Positions 43,540 through 53,412 of a stretch of 64,000 bases of DNA are shown here, in pieces. The DNA lies in the NCBI GenBank assembly GCA_902540265.1, contig CACBLW010000003.1, positions 44,618-108,617 on the forward strand, written 5' to 3'. The stretch is from an uncultured Alphaproteobacteria bacterium (GTDB lineage: Bacteria > Pseudomonadota > Alphaproteobacteria > HIMB59 > GCA-002718135). Positions within the stretch are counted from its first letter, which is position 1. Each line of letters opens with the position of its first letter. The notes under the pieces are model-generated. The model saw only the letters and a list, made by a program, of their open reading frames with translations, did no database searches and had not been told where the DNA came from. A program made the translations under genes and the position numbers.

Positions 43540-44839
43540 AAATTTACATTCTGGATTATACTAACGAGCTTTAATAAATCACTATCTTTAGTACTTTTAA
43601 AATTATTTATTTCAATATCAAAAACTTCTTTTTCAATATCATTAATTGATAAAAGAAATTTAAAGAATTGTAACCATTCTTTTTTATTTAATTTTTTTGC
43701 TAGTTCAAAATATTTTAAGAGAACATTTTTATTATTATAAAATTTATATAACAGATCCTTATTATTTTGAAAAATTATCTCTGTATCACTATTAGATAAA
43801 TTTTTTATTTCTATATTTTCAAATATTCTAATTTGAGCATAATAATTTAAAGGATATTTTTCTAAATTTTTTTTATAAAATTTTTTAGCTTCTTTTGTAT
43901 ATCCATAAGAGAATAATATATCTGCTTTAGTTTCTAGTAGAAAATTATTATTATGCTTTTTAATTATTTCGTTTAAATTTTGAAGGGACATTTTTAGATT
44001 TCCACTTTTAGCTAATTTAATTGATTCTGCATACGCTTTAAAAGGTTCATTTAATTCACTTAATCCTTCCTCATTATCACTATAACCTATAAATTTTGCT
44101 CTAATGTATTTAAATCTTTGATTGTAACTTTTATTAAAATTTTTTTCTTTATTTTTTTCAAAGCTTTTAATTAATAAAATCCTATCTTCAAAATATGGAT
44201 GTGTACTAAGTCTTTGTTTATCTTTTGAAAAACCCTGATTTAATAATTTTTGTTCTATTGTTTCTAATAATGTTTGAATAGATTTAGAATTTGTTTTTAG
44301 TAAATTTAGTGTTTTTAAAGCATATAAATCTGCTTCCATTTCTTGATCTTTACTAAAAACAATATATTGATTTGATAATGCGGCGGAAGTCAGAACACTG
44401 CCTTGTAACAATTGAGGGTTTTGAGTTAATGCTGATCCAGCAATTACAGACAAAAGGCCTAAGGTATTATATTTTTTAGTATTTTCTATTGTTTTTTTCT
44501 AAGTGCAATATGATTGAGATCTATATGACCAACTTCATGTGCTAATACTGATAATAAAGCAACATAATCTGAGCAATGAATAATTAAGCCAGAATTAATA
44601 TGTATTACATTGTTAATATCTACAAAAGCATTTATTTCATTACTATTATTTAATTTAAAATTAATTTTTTTATTTATTTTATTTACTTCAGTAATATCTT
44701 CTATAATTTCTTTAACAAATTCTTCTGTTTCATAATCTAGTATTTGTGAACTATAACTAATGTTTGAAGAAAAAATAAAAAATAACAAATAAATTGATAT
44801 TTTTTTAAGACCACCATCCAGTTTTTTCTTCATCTTCAT
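43536..44839 (-). pseudogene. M48 family (BepA/YfgC-like) Zn metalloprotease split by a one-base frameshift
   Basis: 5' ORF 44486-44839 carries INAF and HEVGH; 3' ORF 43536-44453 carries QEMEAD and STHP. One extra A in the run at 44492-44498 fuses them into 434 aa. Confidence 0.8.
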
Positions 44840-46724
44840 TTATTTCATCCTCTCTTAAATCAACATCTTTTTGTATATCAATTTTTTTATCTTTATTTAT
44901 TTCATTATCATCTGTATTGTTATCTTTAAGACTTTCTTTCTTTTTTTTAGTTTTTATTATTTTCTTTTTTTTTGTAACTTTATTAGTTTTATTTTTCTTT
45001 CTTTCACTTATTTTTTCAGGACCTTTAGAATTATTATTATCATCAATTTCAATTAAAGGATCATGTAAAGAATATTGTGGATTGAAGAAAAAATTAATTT
45101 TAGATTCAAATTTATTTTCCAATGAATGAATCTCACTTTTTTTATTATTTAATAAATTTTCTGCTAAACCACTATTACACTTTACATTTATTATTGAATT
45201 TTTGTTATCAGAGATTTTTTCTTTAATCACTTTTATTATTTGATCTATTATTGATGAAGAATTTAATATTAATCCTGATCCTTTACAATAATTACATCTC
45301 TCAAATGATTTATCAATCAAGCTTGATCTTAATCTTTGTCTAGATAGTTCCATTAATCCAAACATACTTATTCTACCAACTTGTACTCTCGCTCTATCTC
45401 TTACAAGAGCAGTTTTTAAACTTTTTTCAACTTTAAAATTATTTCGGTAATCATCCATATCGATAAAATCTATAACCACCAAACCCCCAAGATCTCTTAA
45501 TCTAAGCTGTCTAGCTACCTCTACTGCAGCTTCTAAATTTGTTTTTAGGGCAGTATTTTCAATATTTCTTTCTGATGTATTTTTCCCGGAGTTTACATCT
45601 ACCGCAACCAATGCTTCAGTTGTATTAATTACAATTGAGCCACCAGATTTTAGTTTAACATTTAGACTAAAAAGATCATTAATTTGTGTTTCAATATTAT
45701 TAGAAGCAAAAAGTGAGTTTTCAAGAGATTTATATTGTTTTACTTTTTTAACAAATGTTGGTGCTAAGTTTTTAGTAATTTTTTTGACTTTATCATATCC
45801 TTCTTTTCCTTCGACTAAAATCTTATCTACATCTTCACTTAGCATATCTCTAATTGCTCTTTTCAAAACATTTCCTTCTTCATGAATTATTTCTGGTGCT
45901 TCTGACTTTAATGTAAGTTCTCTGATTTTATTCCATTGATTTACTAGAAATGAAAGATCTTTTGATATTTCTTTTTTTGTTCTTCCTATACCTGCTGTTC
46001 TAACAATTACTGACATTTTTTCTGGTATTTCAACTGATGATAATATTTTTTTTAATTTTTTTCTTTCCTCGATATCTCCAATCTTTCTTGAAATACCATC
46101 ACTATTCATACTATTTGGCATTAGAACACAATACCTTCCAGCAAATGATAAATATGTTGTTAGGGCAGCCCCTTTCAAGCCCCTTTCTTCTTTGTTGATC
46201 TGAACAAGTAAAACTTGTTTAGGCCTGATTACATCTTGAATTTTATATTTCCTAAAAAAATTAAAATACTCTTTTTTTGGACTTAATTTTTTATTCCTTC
46301 TTTTTTTAATTGAAATAACTTTATCTTCATTAGCATCATCACTTTCTTGAAGTTTACTTTCAATATTATTTTCTTCTAAGTCCTCTAATTCGTTCTCACT
46401 ATCTGTATTATTTGATTCTTCTTCTTCGCTATTATTTATTTTTTCATTTAATTCTTTTATTTTCACTTCATCAGCAGCTGGAATTTTGAAGTAATCAGGG
46501 TGTATTTCAGTAAGAGGCAAAAAACCATTTCTGTTAGTGCCAAAATCAACAAAGGCAGCCTGAAGCGAAGGCTCAATTCTTGTAATTTTTGCTAGATAAA
46601 TGTCTCCTTTTACAGCATTTTTTTTGTTTGGTTCAATTTCAAAATCATCAAGTTTACCATCATCTGTAACAGCAATTCTTGTTTCAATGTTATTTGTAGT
46701 ATCAATAAGTATATTTTTTGACAT
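44805..46724 (-). CDS. rne: Ribonuclease E
   Basis: PSLQAAFVDFG, KEERGLKGAALTT, DVNSG, IDFIDM, CxxC Zn-link, C-terminal GWW. Confidence 0.95.
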   Translation of the reverse strand: MSKNILIDTTNNIETRIAVTDDGKLDDFEIEPNKKNAVKGDIYLAKITRIEPSLQAAFVDFGTNRNGFLPLTEIHPDYFKIPAADEVKIKELNEKINNSEEEESNNTDSENELEDLEENNIESKLQESDDANEDKVISIKKRRNKKLSPKKEYFNFFRKYKIQDVIRPKQVLLVQINKEERGLKGAALTTYLSFAGRYCVLMPNSMNSDGISRKIGDIEERKKLKKILSSVEIPEKMSVIVRTAGIGRTKKEISKDLSFLVNQWNKIRELTLKSEAPEIIHEEGNVLKRAIRDMLSEDVDKILVEGKEGYDKVKKITKNLAPTFVKKVKQYKSLENSLFASNNIETQINDLFSLNVKLKSGGSIVINTTEALVAVDVNSGKNTSERNIENTALKTNLEAAVEVARQLRLRDLGGLVVIDFIDMDDYRNNFKVEKSLKTALVRDRARVQVGRISMFGLMELSRQRLRSSLIDKSFERCNYCKGSGLILNSSSIIDQIIKVIKEKISDNKNSIINVKCNSGLAENLLNNKKSEIHSLENKFESKINFFFNPQYSLHDPLIEIDDNNNSKGPEKISERKKNKTNKVTKKKKIIKTKKKKESLKDNNTDDNEINKDKKIDIQKDVDLREDEINEDEEKTGWWS

Positions 46725-46832
46725 AATGCCGAAACTCCATAAAAATTTTTATATGTTAAAATCATTTTTGAATAATGTATAATATTTGCCTAATGTCATA
46801 TTTTTAACTATTTCACAATGTAGATTATCAGT

Positions 46833-49187
46833 ATGACAAGATTTATTAATTATATAAAAGTATTATTAATTTTTCTATTTATATTTGGATTTATCTCAGT
46901 TTTTATAATTTTTTACACACTTTGGAGATACTCATCAGAATTACCATCATATGAAAAAATTCTAGAATATAAACCCAACCTTTCCTCAAGAATTTTTAGC
47001 TCTGATGGCTTTCTTCTTAAAAGTTTTTATACAGAAGAAAGAATCTTTATTCCTGTCGATAGAATACCGAAAAATATCAAATATGCCTTTCTAGCATCTG
47101 AGGATAAAAATTTTTATAATCATTACGGTTTAGATATCATCGCAATCTTCAGAGCGTTTCTTACAAATATTATCAACATTAATTCAAATAAAAGAGTAGT
47201 AGGAGCATCTACAATTACCCAACAAGTTGTAAAAAACTTATTACTCAGCAATGAATTGAGTTACTCAAGAAAAATAAAAGAAATAATTTTAGCTATAAGA
47301 ATTGAAAATATTTTAGATAAAAATAATATATTAGAACTATATTTAAATGATATTTATTTAGGTTTTGGTTCTTATGGTATTGGATCTGCTAGTCTTAATT
47401 ATTTTAATAAATCAATTTATGATCTTCAACTTCATGAAATAGCCTTTTTAGCTTCATTACCTAAAGCTCCTAATAATTATAATCCAATAACAAATTATTA
47501 TAAAGCTATTGATAGGAGAAATTGGGTTATAGATAGAATGTATGCTAATGGATTTATTACAAGGGAAGAACTTAATTACAAAAATGAACCTATTGAAGTA
47601 TTTGAAAGAGTTGATATTGAATTTTCTGATGCTGATTATTTTTACGAGGAAATCAGAAAAGAATTATTTTCCAAATTTGGAAAAGAAAAACTTTATTCTG
47701 AAGGTTTAGTAATCAAAACTCCTCTTGATTCTAGTTTACAGAAGAATGCAAATCTTAGTCTAATTGAAGGATTAATTGAATATGAAAAAAGAAATGGATG
47801 GAATGGTCTTATAGAAAATACCAATTTAGAAAATTTTTATAGTAAAAAGAGCAATTACATTAATTCAAATCCTTTTTTTCCGAAATGGAAAACTGTAATT
47901 ATTGATAAAGTATATCAAAAAAAATTAATAGTTTTTGATCTAAATAAAATTAAATTACAAATTGATTTGGATAATGAATTTAACAATTGGCTTTTAGATA
48001 CAAATTTTAATAAAGGTGATGTAATTTATGTTCAGAAAAAAAATAATTCTTTTATCATTAATCAAGAACCTAAAGTAAATGGAGCAATAATTGTTTTAGA
48101 TCCTTATACTGGTGATGTACTAGCCCTATCTGGAGGATATAGTTTTAAAAAAAGTGAATTTAATAGAGCAACTCAAGCTAAAAGACAACCAGGATCAGCT
48201 TTTAAGCCTATTGTTTATTTAGCTGCTCTAAATGAAGGCTATTCTCCTTCAACTTTAATATTAGATGCGCCGTATGTTGTTGATCAGGGCCCAGGTCTTC
48301 CAAAATGGAAGCCATCCAATTATACAGATGAATTTTACGGTTTAACAACAATGAGAACAGGAATAGAAAAATCAAGAAATCTTATGACTGTTAGACTTGC
48401 TAACAGAATAGGTATGAATAAGATCTTAAGTATGGCTAATAATTTTGATATTAATGAGGGTCTTAATGAAAACCTTTCAATGTCACTTGGTTCTGGAGTT
48501 GTGACATTAATAGAACTAACAAAAGCTTATGCAATTATTGCTAATGGTGGAAAGAAGATTGAACCTAAATTGATAACAAGCATATATTCTAAAGACGGAA
48601 ATAAAATTTATGATACAAGATTAAAGAAATGTTTTGAATGTAGAATTCAAACAATATTATCAAAAAATGAAATACCTAAGTTAGAAGAAACTAAAAATAT
48701 TATTATTGATCCTAGATTAAGTTATCAAATTACATCAATGATGGAAGGAGTTATAAAAAGAGGCACAGCAAAAACATTAAAAGACTTAAATGTACCAATT
48801 GCTGGTAAAACTGGAACAACAAACAAGAACAAAGATGCTTGGTTTATTGGATATACACCTGATTTAGTAATAGGAGTTTATGTAGGATATGATCAACCAA
48901 AATCTCTTGGATATAAACAAACAGGTTCTAGTGTTGCAGTTCCAATATTTAAAAAATTTGCTGAAAAAATAAAAATAAATAAGAACAAAAAACCATTTAG
49001 AGTTCCAGCTGGTATAAGTTTTGTAAGAATTGATCCTACAAGTGGTAATGTTTCTACAAAGCAGAATAGTATTGTTGAGCCTTTTATTCTAGGCTCTGAA
49101 CCATATTCAGATAACATTAAAATTATAGATGGATTAGAAAATTTTAATAATGATTCCATTTCTGGTACAGGTGGTTTATTACAATAA
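46833..49187 (+). CDS. mrcA: Penicillin-binding protein 1A
   Basis: EDKNFY.H.G, GASTITQQ, RKIKE; SAFK, SRN, KTG. Confidence 0.95.
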   Translation: MTRFINYIKVLLIFLFIFGFISVFIIFYTLWRYSSELPSYEKILEYKPNLSSRIFSSDGFLLKSFYTEERIFIPVDRIPKNIKYAFLASEDKNFYNHYGLDIIAIFRAFLTNIININSNKRVVGASTITQQVVKNLLLSNELSYSRKIKEIILAIRIENILDKNNILELYLNDIYLGFGSYGIGSASLNYFNKSIYDLQLHEIAFLASLPKAPNNYNPITNYYKAIDRRNWVIDRMYANGFITREELNYKNEPIEVFERVDIEFSDADYFYEEIRKELFSKFGKEKLYSEGLVIKTPLDSSLQKNANLSLIEGLIEYEKRNGWNGLIENTNLENFYSKKSNYINSNPFFPKWKTVIIDKVYQKKLIVFDLNKIKLQIDLDNEFNNWLLDTNFNKGDVIYVQKKNNSFIINQEPKVNGAIIVLDPYTGDVLALSGGYSFKKSEFNRATQAKRQPGSAFKPIVYLAALNEGYSPSTLILDAPYVVDQGPGLPKWKPSNYTDEFYGLTTMRTGIEKSRNLMTVRLANRIGMNKILSMANNFDINEGLNENLSMSLGSGVVTLIELTKAYAIIANGGKKIEPKLITSIYSKDGNKIYDTRLKKCFECRIQTILSKNEIPKLEETKNIIIDPRLSYQITSMMEGVIKRGTAKTLKDLNVPIAGKTGTTNKNKDAWFIGYTPDLVIGVYVGYDQPKSLGYKQTGSSVAVPIFKKFAEKIKINKNKKPFRVPAGISFVRIDPTSGNVSTKQNSIVEPFILGSEPYSDNIKIIDGLENFNNDSISGTGGLLQ

Positions 49188-49192
49188 CCAAT

Positions 49193-50291
49193 ATGTCAAA
49201 TCTTGAGGTTATTGAATTAAATCTAAAAAAAATAAGATCAAATTTAGATCTTATAAGGAGGGGAGTTTGACTACAACTCTTTAAAAAAAAAATTAGAAGA
49301 TTTGAAAATAAAAAGCTCTGACCCAAATATTTGGGAAAAAAGTGATGCAAAAAATATTTTTCAGGAAATTAAAAATATTGAAAACAAAATAGACGATTTA
49401 AATAGATTGGAAGTATCAATAAAAGAAAATCAGGAAATATTTAACTATATTCAAGAAAATAATGAGGAGTCTTTATTAGATGAGCTCCATCAAGAAGTTA
49501 AATCAACATTAAAATTATCTGATAAGATTCGATATGTTAGTTTATTAAATAACGAAGCTGATCATCTAAATGCTTTTGTTGAAATTCACGCTGGAGCAGG
49601 AGGTACTGAAAGTCAAGATTGGGCAGAAATGTTACAAAGAATGTACCTAAGATGGTCTGATAATCAGGAAAATTGCGAAGTTTTATTATTACAAGAAATG
49701 CGAGGAGAAGAGGCAGGCATCAAATCATGTACATTAAAAATAATTATGCATTATTCATATGGCTGGCTGAAAGCTGAAAGCGGAATACATAGATTAGTAA
49801 GAATTTCACCATTTGACAGTAATAAAAGAAGACATACAAGTTTTGCAAGTGTTTGGGTGTATCCTGAAATTGATGAAAAAATAGAAATAGATGTAAAAGA
49901 TAGTGATTTAAGAATTGATACGTATAGAGCTTCTGGCGCAGGTGGACAACATGTCAATAAAACAGATAGCGCTGTTCGAATTACACATTTACCAACTAAT
50001 ATAGTCGTTCAATGCCAAAGTGATAGATCACAGCATAAAAATAGATCTAATGCTATGAAAATGATTAAATCAAGAATTTATGAAACTGAACTTCAAAAAA
50101 GAAAGGAAGATGAGAGCATTAAAAACAAAGAAAAAAAAGATATAGGATGGGGAAATCAAATACGGTCATATGTTTTACATCCTTATAAGTTGATCAAAGA
50201 TTTAAGAAGTGGATATGAAACTTCAAATGTTAATGAAGTATTAGATGGAAAAATAGATAATTTTTTAGAAAATTCTCTAACTTTGAAATAA
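49193..50291 (+). CDS. prfB: Peptide chain release factor 2, with programmed +1 frameshift
   Basis: 25-codon ORF 49193-49267, then TGA 49268-49270. The +1 frame from GAC 49269 is continuous with ORF 49302-50291 (SPF and GGQ motifs); predicted 365 aa. Confidence 0.95.
49255..49271 (+). promoter_or_regulatory. prfB +1 frameshift cassette A-AGG-AGG-GGA-GTT-TGA-C
   Basis: Internal SD AAGGAGG complementary to the 16S 3' end seen in this window, 3-nt spacer, shift codon, TGA-C. Confidence 0.9.
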
Positions 50292-50292
50292 T

Positions 50293-51531
50293 TTATATTA
50301 TTTTTAAAATTCCAATCTTTTTTTTACCAACCGCTATTTTGATTTCTTTTAGTGCGGAATATTCTCTTAAAGATAGATCATTGTTTTTATACAACGTGTC
50401 GTTAACTTTAATACCATCAGATTTAATTAATCTTTTTACTTCACTTCTGCTACTAGCTAGTTTAAGTTTTTCAATAGCATCTAAAATTGTAAATTTGTTA
50501 TTTTCTATATCTGATACATTCTGAGAAATATTTGGTAATCTTTGATCAACAATTTTTGAATTAAATGTATTATCAGCAATTTCTAACGCTTCATTAGCGT
50601 CTTCTATTCCTCTAACAATTTTTGTTACTTCAAAAGCCAGTACTTTTTTTGCTTCATTTATTTCTTGATTTTTAAGCGCTGAAAGTTTCTTTATCTCATC
50701 TAATGGAAGCTTGGTAAATAAATACAAGAATCTAGATACGTCTTGATCATTTACATTTCTCCAAAATTGGAAAAAATTTAAACTTGAAATTTTTTCCTTA
50801 TTAAGCCAAACAGCTCCATCTGCTGTTTTACCCATTTTTGAACCATCACTATTCGTTATAAGGGGTGAAGTAACCCCAAAAGCTTCATTCTTATTAATTT
50901 TTCTGATTAAATCCACTCCACTTAATATGTTACCCCATTGATCTGATCCACCCATTTGTAAAACACAATTATGATTCTTATTTAAATAATAAAAATCATA
51001 TGCTTGAAGAAGCATATAATTAAATTCCAAAATTGTTAGTGACTGCTCCCTATCTAATCTACTTTTTACAGAGTCAAAGGTCAGCATTTTATTCAAAGTT
51101 ATTCTTGAGCCAAATTCTCTTAAAAAATCAATATAATTTAGATTTGATAACCATTCATAATTATTAATTATTAAAGAATTATTTTGTAGATTAATGAATC
51201 TGCTAAAAGTAAGTTCAATATTACTAATGTTCCTATCAATTTCTTTTTTACTTAATATTTTTCTTGTTTGGTCTTTACCTGAAGGATCTCCTATTAAAGT
51301 AGTACCACCTCCAATTAAAGCAATTGATTGATGACCATAAAAATCAAGCCAGTGAAGTAGCATCAATTGAATTAGACTGCCAACATGCAAACTATCACTA
51401 GTTATATCAAAGCCAATGTATCCAGATATTTTTTTTTTGGACATCAATTTATCCAAATCCTCAATATCTATATGCTGATAGATAAATCCTCTTTCATTAA
51501 TTTCATTAAGAAATTCTGATTTAAAATTCAT
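50293..51531 (-). CDS. tyrS: Tyrosine--tRNA ligase
   Basis: GFD...SLHVG, GDPSGK, QMGGSDQWGN, KMGKT, C-terminal S4 domain. Confidence 0.97.
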   Translation of the reverse strand: MNFKSEFLNEINERGFIYQHIDIEDLDKLMSKKKISGYIGFDITSDSLHVGSLIQLMLLHWLDFYGHQSIALIGGGTTLIGDPSGKDQTRKILSKKEIDRNISNIELTFSRFINLQNNSLIINNYEWLSNLNYIDFLREFGSRITLNKMLTFDSVKSRLDREQSLTILEFNYMLLQAYDFYYLNKNHNCVLQMGGSDQWGNILSGVDLIRKINKNEAFGVTSPLITNSDGSKMGKTADGAVWLNKEKISSLNFFQFWRNVNDQDVSRFLYLFTKLPLDEIKKLSALKNQEINEAKKVLAFEVTKIVRGIEDANEALEIADNTFNSKIVDQRLPNISQNVSDIENNKFTILDAIEKLKLASSRSEVKRLIKSDGIKVNDTLYKNNDLSLREYSALKEIKIAVGKKKIGILKII

Positions 51532-51537
51532 AAGTAA

Positions 51538-52182
51538 TTACTTTTTTTCAAATTCTTGATTTATATATTCATTGATTGAATTTTCAAATTCATTTGAGCA
51601 ACTTTCGTAAAAATGATCAGCGCCTTTAATAGGTTTAAATTTTATATCCACTTTTTTTTGTTGCTGAAGCTTTTCAACTAATATTTTTGTTGAATCAAAT
51701 GAAGCTATATTATCTTTATCTCCGTGAACAATTAAACCAGATGAAGGACAAGGTGCTAAAAAACTAAAATCCCTTAGATTTGCAGGAGGTGAAATACTAA
51801 CAAAACCGTTTATCTCAGGCCGTCTCATTAATAGTTGCATTGCTATCCAAGCTCCAAATGAAAAACCAGCTACCCAACAAATTTTTGAATTGGTATTATA
51901 TTGTTGTAACCAATCCAGCACACAAGCTGCATCACTTAATTCACCTTCTCCGTCATCAAAAAAACCTTCACTTTTACCAACTCCTCTAAAATTAAATCTT
52001 ATTGTAGAAAATCCAGCTTTTATAAAAATTTTGTACATTTTAAATATTATTTTAGTATGCATGGTTCCACCTTTAGAGGGATCAGGATGTAACAAAATCA
52101 CTATCGGTGAGTCATCTCTCTTATTATGAGAATACTTTGCTTCTATCTTCCCTTCTGGCCCAGGAATTAATAAGTCTACCAT
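51538..52182 (-). CDS. Alpha/beta hydrolase (conserved Fe-S-locus neighbour)
   Basis: HP.P..GGTM, RFNFRGVG.S.G, GFSFG, LAPCP, GADHF. Confidence 0.88.
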   Translation of the reverse strand: MVDLLIPGPEGKIEAKYSHNKRDDSPIVILLHPDPSKGGTMHTKIIFKMYKIFIKAGFSTIRFNFRGVGKSEGFFDDGEGELSDAACVLDWLQQYNTNSKICWVAGFSFGAWIAMQLLMRRPEINGFVSISPPANLRDFSFLAPCPSSGLIVHGDKDNIASFDSTKILVEKLQQQKKVDIKFKPIKGADHFYESCSNEFENSINEYINQEFEKK

Positions 52183-52238
52183 TTGATAAAGCTAATATTG
52201 AAGTTATATGATTTTGTAAATATAGATATTTTAAATAT

Positions 52239-53333
52239 ATGAATTCTCTTGGTTTTAATAAGTCTGAAAAGGATACAAAAGTAGTTGTTGCTATGTCTGG
52301 TGGCGTAGATAGTTCAGTTGCAGCTGTTATGCTTAAAGAACAAGGATATGATGTGACTGGTATAACACTCAAATTATATAACAATTCTAATGCATCCAAA
52401 AGTAAATCATGTTGTGCAGGTATAGATATAGAAGATGCAAAAAATGTAGCTCTAAAAAATGACTTCAAACACTTAGTTCTAGATTATCAAGATAAATTCT
52501 TTGATGGTGTTATCAATAATTTTGTTGATTCCTATTCAAATGGTGAAACACCTTTGCCATGCGTAAAATGTAATCAAACTGTAAAATTTACAGATCTACT
52601 AAGTGAAGCAAAAAAAATTGGAGCTGATGCGCTAGCTACTGGTCATTATGCCATACGAAAAGGATCTTTACACAATGCTAGTTTGCACAAAGCAAAAGAT
52701 TTTTCAAAAGATCAAAGTTTTTTTCTATTCGCAACACTACAAGAACAATTAAACTATGTTAGATTTCCATTAGGTGATTTTAAAAAATCAGAAATTAGAT
52801 TATTAGCTAAAAAATATAACTTAAGTGTAAGTGATAAACCTGATAGCCAAGATATTTGTTTTGTAACATCTGACTCCTATAGAGATCTCGTAAAAAATCT
52901 AAATCCAGGAGTAAATAAAAAAGGTATAATCTATGACATTGATAATAATATTCTTGGAACACATGACGGTATTAGTAATTACACAATTGGTCAAAGAAAA
53001 GGAATTGGTATAAGTGGTTTAAAAGAACCTTTATACGTAATAGATATAAACAAAGATCAAAACTCAATTACTTTAGGATCAAAAGAAAAGTTGAAAAAAA
53101 ATGTTATTAATTTCAAAAATATCAATTGGTTAGGAGGTAATATTCTTCCTAAAGGACTTTATTGTTCTGCTAAAATTCGATCAACCCAAGAGGATTTACC
53201 TGGCATTCTTGATATAAATAGGGATCATGGAACTTTTACTTTTAAATCTGAATTAGATAAAACTTCCCCTGGACAAGCTTGTGTTTTTTACAAAAATGAC
53301 CAATTGCTTGGAGGTGGCTGGATCACAGCATAA
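52239..53333 (+). CDS. mnmA: tRNA 2-thiouridylase
   Basis: SGGVDS PP-loop, PCVKCN, ATGHY, KDQS, SQDICF, TIGQRKG, PGQ. Confidence 0.96.
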   Translation: MNSLGFNKSEKDTKVVVAMSGGVDSSVAAVMLKEQGYDVTGITLKLYNNSNASKSKSCCAGIDIEDAKNVALKNDFKHLVLDYQDKFFDGVINNFVDSYSNGETPLPCVKCNQTVKFTDLLSEAKKIGADALATGHYAIRKGSLHNASLHKAKDFSKDQSFFLFATLQEQLNYVRFPLGDFKKSEIRLLAKKYNLSVSDKPDSQDICFVTSDSYRDLVKNLNPGVNKKGIIYDIDNNILGTHDGISNYTIGQRKGIGISGLKEPLYVIDINKDQNSITLGSKEKLKKNVINFKNINWLGGNILPKGLYCSAKIRSTQEDLPGILDINRDHGTFTFKSELDKTSPGQACVFYKNDQLLGGGWITA

Positions 53334-53412
53334 ATTTAAAATCCGTTCTAAATTTGGTCAATTTTTGTTGTTTTAACTAGATTTTTTAAATTAATGAATT
53401 AGATGATGTAAT

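Noticed and set aside
44800-44818. Possible second homopolymer indel giving an alternative M48 start (ATG GTG GTC TTA AAA AAA)
   Set aside because: In-frame ATGs exist a few codons upstream, so no indel is needed; cannot be decided from this sequence.
49302-50291. prfB as an N-terminally truncated gene or pseudogene
   Set aside because: The upstream 25-codon ORF and frameshift cassette restore a full-length RF2.
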